Assembly: GCA_030704615.1 (NCBI GenBank)
Contig: CM060733.1
Span: forward strand, 53,258,001-53,322,000
Origin: Takakia lepidozioides
Taxonomy: Eukaryota; Plantae; Bryophyta
Length of the DNA: 64,000 nucleotides
Reading direction: 5' to 3'
Both the position numbers and the translations under genes were made by a program. Shown piece after piece: positions 37,407 through 50,600 of this stretch (its first letter is position 1; the number at the start of each line of letters is the position of its first letter). The notes under the pieces were generated by a model. That model was not told where the DNA came from. It was given only the letters and a program-made list of their open reading frames with translations, and searched no databases.

Positions 37407-39491
37407 ATGTGCATCATGTGTCCCGCGATGTTGTTTTCGGTGGTACTTTTAGCTACAACTTGGAGCATACATGCTCAATCCCTCGGGAATGTCAAACCGG
37501 CTTGCCCATCTGGTGCTCTGTTTATGTTTGGTGACTCACTTTCCGATACGGGGAATGATCAGTTAGCATTCCCATCAAACGAATTACTACATTTGAATAG
37601 ACCGTATGGAGAAACTTTTTATGGACACCCTGCCGGCCGCTATTCCAATGGTCGTCTTGTGATTGACTTCATAGGTAAGCGTCTCGTGGCTTTTCAGACC
37701 ATGAAATTTCATTTCCATTGTAATGAGATTCCCATGATACCTTTGCCACTGTACGTCAATATTGTTATATTTGTGAAACTCGCAAATTTTTAATCTTATT
37801 TAATTATTTTTATGACATTAGTAAGTCTATAAGTTTACAGGCACGTTTCAAGTATGTTGTAGTTTGATTGAGAACCATCTTCAGATCCTAACATAATTGT
37901 TTGATGATGTTGTTAATGCGGAAAAACAGCTCACGCACTTGGATTTCCATTTCTCACCCCTATCCAAGCATACATTACAAATGTTACGGACCCCGATTTT
38001 CGTCATGGGATAAATTTTGCATACGCCGGAGCCACCGCACGAAATGATGACTATATTGTTCCGTATTATCTTGAGCTGCAAGTGGAGCAATTTTTGGATT
38101 TCAAATCTAATGCAAATTGTAAGTTTTTCTTCTAAAACTGGACATTATAGTTAATTTACTTATATAAACTTGTCATATAACATAAACGGATCTGTGCCAG
38201 AAAGTTTCCAATACATTTGCTCCATATTACATACTTTGATATCTGAATAACTTATTTATAGCGTGAAATATGTTTTTTGAAAATCATGATCTAAAACATG
38301 TTTTCTGGCATGTGCAGCAAAACTAGCGGAAGAATTACGACCCACATCACAAGCCTACGACAATGGACTATACGTTATTCATGCGGGAGGCAACGATTTT
38401 TCATATCAGTACCTACGAAACATAGCACCTGCAAACGTCACCGAATTTACTGTACCTGAATCAGTGGCAGCAATTTCAGCTGCTACAGAGGTAGGTTTCC
38501 AATCCTATAATTTGTATAATGTTTTTATTTAACCATATTATTCTATATTAATAATTATTAGAGAACATATGATACTTCTCAATCTAAATCAAAGTTGAAC
38601 CATTATAACAAAGAGCAATGTATTACAGAAATTTGGGTTTAATTTTTTTCCCTTCAATAATTTGAAAGCTCTCAAGGGCTTCCTCCTCTTTCATTTAAAA
38701 AAAAATGTCAATGTCATTTAAATTTATCAAAGACTCTCATCTAATTTACTTGTTATAATTGTGACTGCAGACTCTATATAATTCCGGAGCTCGAAATTTT
38801 TTTATTTTCAACAACCCAGCAGAAGGATGTGCGACATTTTTCCTCTCATATTTTGGCAATGGCAATTTTTCTAGAGACGAGTATGGATGCTTGATCTCGC
38901 ACAATGAAGTTGTCAAAGCCTACAACCACGGATTCGAAAGAATGATTAAAGACTTGCGTCGGCGATTGCCAGGAATTACAATTCATTTTGGTCGTTACTA
39001 TGATATCAACTTCGACATTGTAAAAAGCCCACAACAATACGGTAAGATCCCAATGTAATATTTATAATTAAATGTAAACTTTATTCTCTGCGGATTATAA
39101 CAACATTTTTTTCACTAAAAACGTTAGTTTGCTTTTGCTTAATCATTAAATCATACACTTGGATTTTGTTGACTGACTTATAATCCCATCGTTTGTGTCT
39201 TTAGGATTTCCAAAAGAGAACATTTTTCAGGCGGCTTGCGGATATGGACATCCATATAATTTCAACAAGGCTGTGATTTGCGGAAACAATGGAACCTTTG
39301 AAGGGAAAACTGTGGATTTGGACACCTACAAATCTCGGGATCCCGCCAAATATATTATTTGGGACGGAATTCACTTTACTGAATCATTTTACAAGATTGT
39401 AGCAAAATCTTTTTTAATGGGAGAGTATTTGGACCCACCCACTGATTTCATCACCCAATGCAACTTGAATTCAGAGTATTTTCTAGAGTGA
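37407..39491 (+). CDS. GDSL esterase/lipase, 5 exons, apparently intact
   Basis: Signal-peptide-like N-terminus, FGDSLSDTGN, GRYSNGRLVIDFI, GINFAYAGA, GGNDF, WDGIHFTE; GT-AG introns. Confidence 0.93.
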
Positions 39492-40660
39492 TCGCGATGC
39501 ATTAGTTGACTCTGATGGTTTACTTCATTCATGTGGACTTAGCCTCAGTTTCCAGGGCAGTGCCCTCATCCATGATATGAGCTTTAGGGTCCATTTTCTT
39601 TTTTTTTCTAAGTTTCTTAAAGAAAAAAAAAACAGGAGTCCCGAACTTCCTTTTCTTTGCTCTGAAGAATTTTCATTTTTCCCCTTTATTAATAAAATGG
39701 AAGCTTCCCATTCATTGCATGGAGTTACAGTGCACAGAAAATCATGCTGACTTTTAGGAGTATTCTAGTATTCACTTCAAATGTGAAATGGATGCCCAGA
39801 GCTGAATGGTGAAGACATCAAAGTAGCAACTGGCAAGACTCTGTTTTAAAACTTCAATGTCAAACAAACCCAATGTATATAATTGAGGCACTTGCAGGCA
39901 AACATCTGCAGATTTGCTCAATGCTTCAAAACTGATTGAAAATTCACTCGCGGAACCTTGGTATGAAGACAAAAACCCTGATAATATTTTTACTGATGTA
40001 GATATGATTCAGTTATTCCAACACCATATCTTTTTGTTGCCTCCTCATCTGTCAAGCTTGGAGCATGCGAAGCCCTGGAGCACTTTACAGACATAGCAAC
40101 AAACATACTTCCATCTCTGCCCACATACAAATCCCAGTCTTCTTTGCTGCATGCGATAACTTGTACTCTTGATTCGCTGTCCAAGACAACTTGTGAATTC
40201 TCAAGCCCCACCCCAAAATGACATGCTATGCATCCAAAAATTAAAACTCACATATGGTGGAAATTCCAGTTATGTGCAATCAAAATTTGATTGCACACTT
40301 TGTGACTCAACAGTGACCTCTCGAATAAGAAAACATACACTTGCATACACAAGCATGGATGACCCAGCCTGACCCCCTCCACAGATAATTATCAAAAACA
40401 GTTGGAGGGTAGTCGACTTTCAGTGACAGTAAGGTTTTCCCCATTCAAATGGGTAACTGTCTCAAAAACATGCAGCAAACAATGGAAGCTCAATCTGTGT
40501 AAGCATGCTATCAAAAGTGGTCGCTCAGAGCTGAAATCTTGGTCTGGAAGGATGTAAGCAAGTTAGATCAGTCACAACTGCATGGCATACAAATACGCAC
40601 TGCCATGTAAGTAGACCATAAGGGTTTCAAGTGAGATTGCTAAGGGTCACTATAGTCATT

Positions 40661-43126
40661 CTAAGTTGGTCTTGCACCCATGTGGGTATCCACAGCAGTT
40701 GAAGAAGTGAGCTGCTGGCAACGGCCAGTCCCCGCACACATGTCACACTCAGCAACCTCACCTGACACTTAGCTCAGACAGTAGTTCATTCGATCTTCCA
40801 ACACAGTCTGCCAAGAATTGACAAAATTCCCACTTTTTAGCACAACTCTCACAATTAACTGTTTTGAACACCTCTTCCTGCTATGGACTGGTTCAAACTA
40901 CCGGTCCCCCCCCACTCCCTCTTTCTGTCTCTTGGTCTATGTCACATTATGCCTTTCACATTTTCCTTTCTCTCAACGGTACGATTGACAATGCAGACCC
41001 AGCTATATACGTTGCATCTGCCTTAAGGAAGAGGGTTTAAATAGCAGTGTTGGAATCCATATTGTGCTTTAGCAGCAGATTAATAACAAACCCTCAAATC
41101 AACATTCAATCCCCTGGTATGGGATTGTTGTCAGCTGTGAGGGAGCACCATGGCAATGGCAGGGTCAATTTCATAACCTCATGAATTAAAAGCAGGGTTG
41201 GACAGCGAATGTCTCTTTTCGAATAGCCAAAATTCAATTGTGAAACGAAAATTTACTTGCAATGGCTTGACTGTGGTTCCAAAGCAGTTTCTGAGACGCA
41301 TGGATTCCACGAGAGATGTTTACCCTGTCCCTTGTCAGGAACAAGATCAACCGTAAGATTAGATTTTCAAACTAGGTGCTAGAACCATTGTTTTTCTTCA
41401 GAGCTTTTGTTTCTCCAGATTGTTGCAGTCAGGCATACCCTGCACCTATGAAGAGCCCCTAGACCCTCTTCTTTCGACACACCTGTTTCCCACAGTGTTT
41501 GTAGCAGTGATGGTTTTGAAATCAGCTGCTATACAGTGGCGACAAACTCAAAAGTCAAAATAGAAAAAAATAAGCCCCAGTGGCAAAGCAAAACTGCGTG
41601 AGCATTGATAACAACACTGCAGAGTGGGCACCCATGATATAGTGAAAGCAACAGACTTTAGGAGGAGGAAAAGAACCCCACCACCATAAGCTCATGCAAT
41701 CCAATGGGGGCGGTTACAAGATAGGGTACACACGCATGCCTCGTAGCTGCTTCTGCTGCCAATGCTGGAATGTCGCAATGAATCCCTTTTTGTAAGGAGG
41801 GATGAGTATGAGAGAGATGAAGTAGTTAGGACTTTGCCGGCGCCTTGGCCGGAGCCTTGGGTGCAGTAAATGATCAGTTCCTGAACAACCTAAACACAGG
41901 AGATGAGGAGTGGTCACATGCTCCAGGAAAGGTGGGGAGAGCGAGAAGAGCAGAATGGTGAGCCACATAGTAAAAACTTCCCACCTGAGACCAGTGTCGA
42001 CCTGGGAACAGAAAATAAGGACTGATGATGATGCGGGTGGCCCCTTGCTGCACGCATTGATAGAAAGCATCTGCAATTGTTGGCTTTGCTAGCTCCTGCA
42101 TAGCCACGCTCTTGTAACTATAACACTCTTAGATTTTACATGGAACGACCAGAGAAGCAATCGCAAAAAGTGACTACGGCCTTCCTCAGTCCTCAGTCAG
42201 TCACAGGTAGGGAACAATACATTACCATGTGGGCGGGTTCGAGAATTGGATGACCCGACATTTCCTTGTACATTGCCACAAACTCCTCTGCATCCCTGCT
42301 TCATACTCAGTCACTGTGGCTATTTCGCAAGTCCCTGCTTAAGTCCCTGCTTTTGTGGATCCTTCATTGCTAGTTATTACATACTAAATCAACGCCTGCC
42401 CTCCACCTCAAATCTGTACCTGCAACAGCTCTGCGTACAGAAAGTGTCAAAGACAAAGAATGGATGGAGAAAAGTGTGACGTACCTAGCTTTGCATTTGA
42501 CTCCGCACGCCGGGAGCCGTGGTCCACAATTATCACTGCATCCCCCTCCTGCGTCCACATCGTTTGCCTACGTGTGTCAACTCCCACGTTGTGCAAACAT
42601 TCATGAAACTATGCGGGTCTTCAGTCTTCACTTCCAAGTGTTGGTTTGAACCCTAAGCTTAATCCAGTGAATGTCAAGTTAGACATGAAGCAACACATAG
42701 CGACGACAACGGTTGAACTGAGTCTGCAGAAACACACCACTTGTTCATTCACGATTTGGTCCAAATTCAATCAAAACTTTATCAATCCTTGAAGTGCTAT
42801 CTGAGACCCACCCCTAGCTTGCTTTGCCTGGAACCCACTGCCAATTTGTCTTTCGACAAAGGGGTTGGGATCCGTTGCATTGCAGCGATGCGATGCCAGC
42901 TGCGAAAACGATGCTCCCTGTAAGCCACTAGACTTTCACAACTTCTGACTACATCTATACCATCCCTGTATCTCGATTTCCCTCTTCCACTACCAAGGGA
43001 GCTGACAAGTGCTATGCCACTGCCACTCTGCCTAAGGCTATGGTTTCTTGAAGCACAAGATCTGGGGAAGCAGTATTGTAGAGAGGAGGAGAAAGTAGGA
43101 ATTGAAACCGGGGAGTGACTGGGCAT
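40661..43126 (-). pseudogene. SIRB: Sirohydrochlorin ferrochelatase (SirB/CbiX type), full exon set with apparent lesions
   Basis: VIIVDHGSRRAES; EEFVAMYKEMSGHPILEPAHM; ELAKPTIADAF...SPYFLFPGRHW; DIPALAAEAA...APIGLHELMV; RMNYCLS*VSGEVAECDMCAGTGRC. TAA at 40769-40771; AG acceptor missing near 41775. Confidence 0.8.
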
Positions 43127-46100
43127 CTCAGAAACAAATTCTCGGCAACGAACAAACTGCTAGCAGGTGACAAATCCTAGTGGTTTCTAAGGTACTGATA
43201 GTGTGCAAAGATACTACCAAGTTTTGTAGAAGAGACAATCTGCCATTTGGGTGGTAAGCTCGTGACTAGGTATTCTGTAAAGGTTTAAGAACAAACAGAA
43301 AGTTACACGTGGGCTGCTTCTTCAGGTGCACTTTTAAGGTGCATACTGCATACTACTTGAGCGACTGCTCCACTGTAGTCTTGTTGGCAAACATAGTGAA
43401 CTGGTGAAGGATGTCTGAGCGAAAGGCTCCTTCCCTGAGCAATTTCCTCCTTTTCCATACTGAGGGAAGGAGCCACTCGCTCAAACATCCTTCACCCGTT
43501 CACCATGGACATCTTTCACTCCTTCATTCATCGCTTTTCAATCGAGTTGGGAAAGGGTCAAATGCATGATCCAGGTGTTGCTGGCGCAGTGAAGGCCGCC
43601 ATGCTGCAGGCGGTTGTGTGCAACGTGCTTGCTCCTTCTACTCTCTTCCTCCCCGTGCTCGAGCTTAGGTTTCATTTCGCCTCGTTCTGGCTTCACTGTT
43701 TTATGGGTTTCATTGCAGACGCGAGGGTAAGATTACCACAGGCCCAAGATATGCCTGCGTTGGTGAACAGAGTGCTGTCGCAAGTCCGAGTGTCATCTTT
43801 TATGGGCGGTCCACGTATAACTTTGCAGAAGGCCGCAGCCGGGCCCCGAATTATTCAATCACATGCCTCTCGATCAGGGGAGACGAGGGATGCGGCCTTG
43901 TTGCATCCGGCATGGACTCCATCAGTATGTGGGGTCATCGACACAGTGTCAGGTGCTGTTTATACATTTGTCTACGATAGTCTGTAGCTTGTGTCAATCT
44001 ATGTCTTGTTGAGTAGACTGTTTTTGTTCATACTGATCTACCGATCAGTTCGTTTGAAAGCGTGAGAAGAGGTACATATGTGCCAGGGTTTACGTGCAGT
44101 TGCTATCAAGACCTTCGGGCTGAATCGGAATCTCGATATGTACGTAGTCGTTTCACGTGAGAGGTCTTGAAGAGCAGTATTCCAGAATTAAAGGATATGT
44201 TTTTCCTCATCAAACTATGGGTTTTAGGTAACGTCAGTTGAGCCAGGAAGCTACGAGGTTGCAGATTCTTCAACTTTCTGGCTGAACCGATGTGCTTATA
44301 GGACCAATTCGCTTCATCCTAGTTGAAATCTGAGGTGGGGTACGCTGCTCAAGATGGTGGGACTTGGATGCCAGGCTACGAGAGGGGATATGCAACAGAC
44401 GCTAACATTGAACTGCCTGGTCTCGCAATAGACTCGGCACGGTTGAAGGAGGAGCAATCAAACGAAACCTACATGTCAGTGGCCATGGTCATGCTTTACG
44501 CAGCCGGTAAGGGCGGGGAGGATGATGGCGCAGATCAGGAGCATGTATTGGAAGCTCCAGGAAGGACTACGAGTGCAGCAAAAAACGATCATGCAAAGGG
44601 TTAGAAGAATATATGTGCCCGAGTGAATACCATCTACTTGAATGCAGAAGAGAAGAGATGAGCTGAAAATTCGTTCAGCATCTGACAAAGACTGTAAAGA
44701 ATCATTCTGGACATCAAATATACTGGTTCATACAACGTCGACATGAGTAGGGTTGCTGATCACAAATCCAATTTAAACCTGAAAGGCGTTCAGAACATCG
44801 AAATTGAGAGAACTCGTTGAAAGATAGAAATACGGAGCAAGATCTGATATAGTGCAAGCTGAATGCTGCCTTAGATTCGATCAAACACAAATCTGTAAAG
44901 GTCTGGTAAATCCGTGGGATTCTCAATATCATACATAACCGAGATCGAAATTGAGGTATCTATTTACGAATTGAGTCCCACTCTTTTGAGATTTGGAAGG
45001 AAAATGTATGCATATGAAGCCACTTGATCAAGGCAAGTAAGCTCACACGAGGAATGAACCCCATATGAAGAAAGGGCACAGGAGGCAGGCAAAAAGAAGA
45101 AGAAGACAACGAGAAGAAGGAGAGAAGAAGAAGCTATGGCGGCGGCTCTTCATCAACTAAATCTGTTTAATTTTTCGTTATATATTTCTAAGAAAAAACG
45201 TATAATATAAATTACTCGCACGTTCTCTAGTGACAGGTGGAAGGCAGCATGTGGATCCTGGCCCACGTCATCTTATTCTGTCTAATCAGCAGATGGACGG
45301 ATGATTATCCGTTCGTCAACAGATTCTTCTCATTCATCGTAATCCCACAGCTAATCCGTGATTTTTATTTTTACTCTTACTTTGATTTGACATATTTATG
45401 GGGTTTGGATTTGTTCGACGGGTGAATTTACGAGTTCTCGTGCGACAATTTAATTGGACGAATAGTGGGATAAATGACTTTCAACCAATGAGAAGCTCGG
45501 ATTGCGAGAATGTTCCGGCGAGGGGCCAATGGATGAACTCGGAATATAAATGGTCGATGGATGGACGAATGGGATGAGGCGACATGAGCCCCTACTCACA
45601 CCTCAAATCTTTGTCCCTCTTTGCTTCCACTTGTGGCCTCGCTACACGTGTCTTCCTGCCAGCGCCTGGTAAAAGTGTGCTCGACTTAGGTTTAGGCTGC
45701 CAGTAGTTAGTAACAGGCTGGTAATTAGTTTAATACTTACCAGTCTAGTGTGTTAGTAGTTAGTATAACTCAGTCGAGAGCATTTTTGTTCATTTCCTTT
45801 TCTTTTGGAAAGCAATTAGCTTAATTTTTAATTTCTAGTTATTTAAGATTAATTAGCTCAATTAATTTTGATAATGTAAAAGGACTGGGTTCGTCCCCCA
45901 CCATTGTTGGTGTGTTTGCTTCATGGCCCCACGGAGTTTTATTTTTTCCCCATAATCAATAAAAGTTTTTCTGAGGGCTACTTCCCGTCTTTAAGGAAAA
46001 AAACAAAAACAAAAAAAGGAATTTGTGGGTTTGATAGTAACAATGCAGCAAGCAAACGAACTTACAACCTAGATTCCGATCTTGCCTAAAATTGAATAAA

Positions 46101-47004
46101 AAGTCAGGCTAGGAGTGGTACCTCAGTAATCTGCCTTATGGCTAATTGTAAGGTTATTTTTTCCTTACCTTTTAAATAAATTCGCCAGGGCTACAATCCC
46201 CCCAGTTTTATTTTTTTTTGAAAAAGAAAAAGAAAAAGACGAAGTGTTCTCTCTTAGTTTTACTATCTCAAGAGAAGGTGGGACAAAGCCTTTTTAGTTT
46301 TCTCTTGAAGACAGGGAACAGAGGTTCAGTTTTAGTTTCTTCATCAAACATCTATTAGCCTTACGCCGACTCGGAGATACTGCTACTTCATCTCCCTCTC
46401 TTTATCCGTAGTCATGTCACAATCCAGAATGTTGATCGCATTGATATGCAGGCCGGGGGATGTTATTCTTTTTTCTTTTCTTTTTTAATAATGTAGTTAT
46501 TATTTCATAGTCATTCGTACAGTGTTCTTTTTCCTGAAATTCTTGAGGAAAGGGTAGGAAGCCCTTGAGAGCTTTATTTAGAATTATTGACGGGAAAAAA
46601 ATAAAAATAAAAAGACTAAAATAAAAAATAAAAATAACAGTGTATTGGTGGTATGAAAATTTCATGAAATATCAACAGTATTTCTTCAAATTTTAGATCA
46701 ATTATAAAACCATATCTTCCAAGTTTGACATTTGTTTCTTTTTTTTAATTAATAAATTATATTTTATCATCTACAAAAATAATGGAAATTTTGCATAGCC
46801 TTCATTTTTTATTGTTTTTATTTTTTCGATTTGTAGTTATCATTGCGCTAATCAAGTTTCCTTGGAAACTAAAAAACTTAAAAAAAGTTTAAGTTAGGTT
46901 TAAGAAGGTAGGGGAAAAAGGAGAGTGTGAAACTGGAACGGGACGTGAAAAGTAGAAAGTGAAGGACGTGGAGTTACATGAAGCGAAGCCCTGCGTTCTG
47001 AGCA

Positions 47005-47065
47005 AAAGAGAGCGAGCGAGAGAGCGAGCGAGAGAGAGGGAGGGAAGGCGAGCGAGGGCAGGAGC
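47005..47065 (+). promoter_or_regulatory. GA-rich repeat in the probable promoter/5' UTR of the SET gene
   Basis: GAGAGCGAGC/GAGA repeats upstream of the first long plus-strand ORF, after an AT-rich intergenic region. Confidence 0.4.
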
Positions 47066-47656
47066 GCGTGCATCCAAACCTCGCTTGCTGCGGCCCACTC
47101 TCGCCGCTGCTGCTCATCGCGCTTGCTCGCCTTATTTTTTTCTTTCAGGAGACTGTTTTTGTGCCATCTCTTGAGCAATAGTCTTCGTGGTTTTGTGTTG
47201 TGTATGAGAGGGTGTCGGGAGGGGCAAGTAGGCCGCTCTAGTGCACTGGTGTTGTTGTAGCGAGCGGAATTTCGTGCTTTCTTTCTTCTCCTCTGCATTA
47301 TACATCACAGGTGCTATCTTCTTTCTGATCGCGCTCGTCTGTATACGAAAGCTTATCTTGTTCGCGATTTTGATTGAGCGAGAGGCAATTGTTTCTCACT
47401 CGGCTTGTTCTTGTTGTGAAATGTGTGATGGTGTGTCTCGCCTTTTCACTTCGTTTCTGAGTCCTAAGTGTTTGAAAGAGCTGAAGAAGTCGTCTAGGTG
47501 ACGCCAAGGGTTGCTTGAGGATAAGTGCTGCATAATACAAATTGTTTGGAGTGCCCCAGAATGCTAAAGTCGTGACCTCTAGCTCTTCCAGGAGGTCCGA
47601 GCGGTTGCCAAAGTTTGTCTGTCTGTGAGAGTGAACCCGAAGATGCGTGGATTTTG

Positions 47657-50600
47657 ATGGAGGAGAGTGGCACAAGTGACCCCACGGATTGTGATGCAAA
47701 CTTGGCAGGCAGTAGGTCAGGAGTGATGCAGAACTCTTTTGTGACCACGGGTGCCACTGCTACCGACTCCAGCAACCCGCGGATGCAGCCAAGTACTGTG
47801 CCTTCGCAAATTTGCGAGACATGGCCCCCATCTCAATTCCAGGCCTTCCATATGTTACGGGAACAGATGGGGCCCCGTTTTCATCTCATGAGGGAGCCTT
47901 GTCTCCCTCACTCATTGATTGCGGGGCTCCAGCAGCACCCGCAACAACAACAATTGACAGCGCACCAGTCTGCAGCTGTGAAACGAAGCCAGCGCAAAGC
48001 GAAGATGCTAGAGAAACAAAAGGCGTCAAACAGAGCTTCATCAAAAAGGAGCCCGAAGGTCACGAAAGACTCCAAGGATCCAGAGTCTCAGGCGCCCACC
48101 CTGGAGACCTCCAACCAGCTCCCAGCTCGCCGACAACCACAAACGGAGGGAAAATCGTCTGGACCGCCAGTAATGGAAAATTCGCAATCCAGCGTCCTTC
48201 GCTCACCATTCTCGCCCCCTCCTTTTAAGAATTTCCAGTTTGCAAAAGGTATGACCATTTTGTAACTCCGTATGTGTAGAGTAATCTAGCTGAGCAAATT
48301 TTAAATGCTTTGGTAGGGGGATAGCGCAGCTCTAATCCTCCTTCGCGATCTTGAAGCAAGCGCACATGCGGCTGGCTAGGGCGCTCCAAGTTGAGCCTTG
48401 CTGCACGCACTTGTTCAATGCCAAACACTTCGGAATTTACTGACGTGGGCGTACTTTTCCCGATGCCTTTGATTCGCAATTGGATGTTGCTGAGGTTTCA
48501 TTGTATATTGTGACCACCGCATTGCAACTCATACGTGTACGTGCTCATGGCTTTGTACCCCCATTCGATGACACAGGAGTTAAAAAAAAGCATAGAGAAG
48601 CTGAGCATTCAAGTTTGCTTGGAGTTTGTGAACCTTTGCGACGTTCCTTCTCGTCAGGAGCAGAAATGGCAGTTGTGGGCAATCCATCAGGGCATTTACG
48701 ACAGCAATATTCCGTGCCATGCAACAAATTATCAGGGGTTCCTGGCCAAGAGCCGTCAGGATCGTCCCGCAAGTTGAAGGAGGCTGAGAGGCAGGATCTT
48801 ACTATGCACCATCTGAACTCTGTTGGACGATTGTCAGATGTCATGATCCGGCGAGAGAGCTACAGAAATTCTCCTCCAGCACTCGGTGAAAAAAATGCTG
48901 CATCTTTAGCGACAGCAGATCAGGCTGCACATTCTTTCCACAAATCGTTTGGTGAGAATTGCGCAGCTACCTCCACGGCAAGTTATGCTGATCTGCAAAG
49001 AAGATCAGTGGTGCCTGAGTTGCAAATGCCGTGTTCTAAGGAAATGGTGGATCACCAAAGTGGAGCTGGGCATACTAAGATGAACGGTTCTCTCCTTTTC
49101 AAACAGGAGTCTGTCCTAGGTTGAACCTGACCCCCTGTTTCTGCTAAGTTGTTTCCTCATTGTAATTTCAAAGTGGTACTTTGGAATTAGATGCCTTTGA
49201 AGGTATCCCTTTTGGCTCACCTGAGTCCTCAGAGGAGAAGCATGCAGTGTCCCTCAACTGCCCCTCTTCCCAAGCTTCCACACAGGCAGCTTCTGGATTT
49301 GATAACTCTTCAGCTGTTGTTGGGCTTGCGAAAAATTTCATCGATTCTTTAATTGGTAGCCCCACAACTAATCAAAAACTGTGGTTGATGTTCCGTATTG
49401 TATCAGGTGCCAACAGAATCTCTCAATCAGAAATGAGAAACACCTCGAAGCAAGCGCAGTCTGCAGACTCAGCAGCTTTGGATGACAGACCTAACTTGCA
49501 TGCTGCAAGCTTTGTCAAAGCAGAGAATCTGTTGGGCGTGCCAACACACACATTGAAGAGTTTTCATGAGAGAAAGGAAGCGAGGGAACAGTATGCAAAT
49601 GTTTCGTCTCCAAGCCGCAGTCATGGAGGCTCAGCGGTATGCCAGAATAGTTCTGAAGTCCTCTCCATGCTGGTCATGTATCATTTCTCCATGCAGAAAG
49701 TTACTGTGTTTTCTGGTAGACTGATCATCTGCTCCAGGTCAAGCACTAAGTTGTATTTAACGACTTATTTGAGGATACGTCTCCTGTACGAGAAGATGGT
49801 TCTTGTTCCAAAGTGATCACTTTCTAATGGAGCTCATTCTTCGGCTCTTGTGAATTCCCAACCCTTAAAGTTCCTTTTCCCTTTGCAACAATCTATCATA
49901 TATGGACACAAATGTGCATGTTTTATGATAGAAACCCCTTGCCAAAAATTTGGAAAATCTAGGAGACAGACAACAGGCATTTCTTGCCCTGAAAATGTTG
50001 CTACTGGTGGGACCCAGGGAGATGGAATTGCTTTGGCGGATGCTTTTGCAATAGATGAAGACCAAAATCTCCACAGTGGAAGCTCCCACCATAAGCTCTG
50101 TAATGCAGCTGTTGACAAGGGAGGAAAGGAGCTGCACGAGGGTCAAGAGATGGAGCCTGCACCGTTGACCCCTGACAAATGTGATATTGTTGATAAGGAT
50201 AGCATGGGTGTGAAAAATCTGTCAGCTGAGAGTAAAGCTGCTGCTGATATAGTGGATTCTGTTCCTCTGGTGGCATCACAACCTGCCATAGTTGCTGAAG
50301 ACATAGGCAAGCGGTTACCAGAATCCGAAAATGCAGGTCAGTTTTTTAAGGCTCTGCTTACTCAGTTATCAAGATCATGAGAAACCAAATATGAGTCCCT
50401 ATTGATTCCTCATCAAAGTTTGACGTCATGTAACCTTTATCTCAGGTCCTTCATCATATGCAGTTGAGAATAGCTGCAGGTAGTCAAGCTTTACCATCTG
50501 CATGGGCCATGAGGACAAAAGTAGTCGAAGACCTAAAATGACTAGGATTAGATTGATGTCATTGGTTTCTGGGACTGGCAACATCAGTCAGGATCACATG

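Noticed and set aside
43505-44604. ORFs 43505-43987 and 44323-44604 as genes
   Set aside because: No recognisable domains or convincing exon structure.
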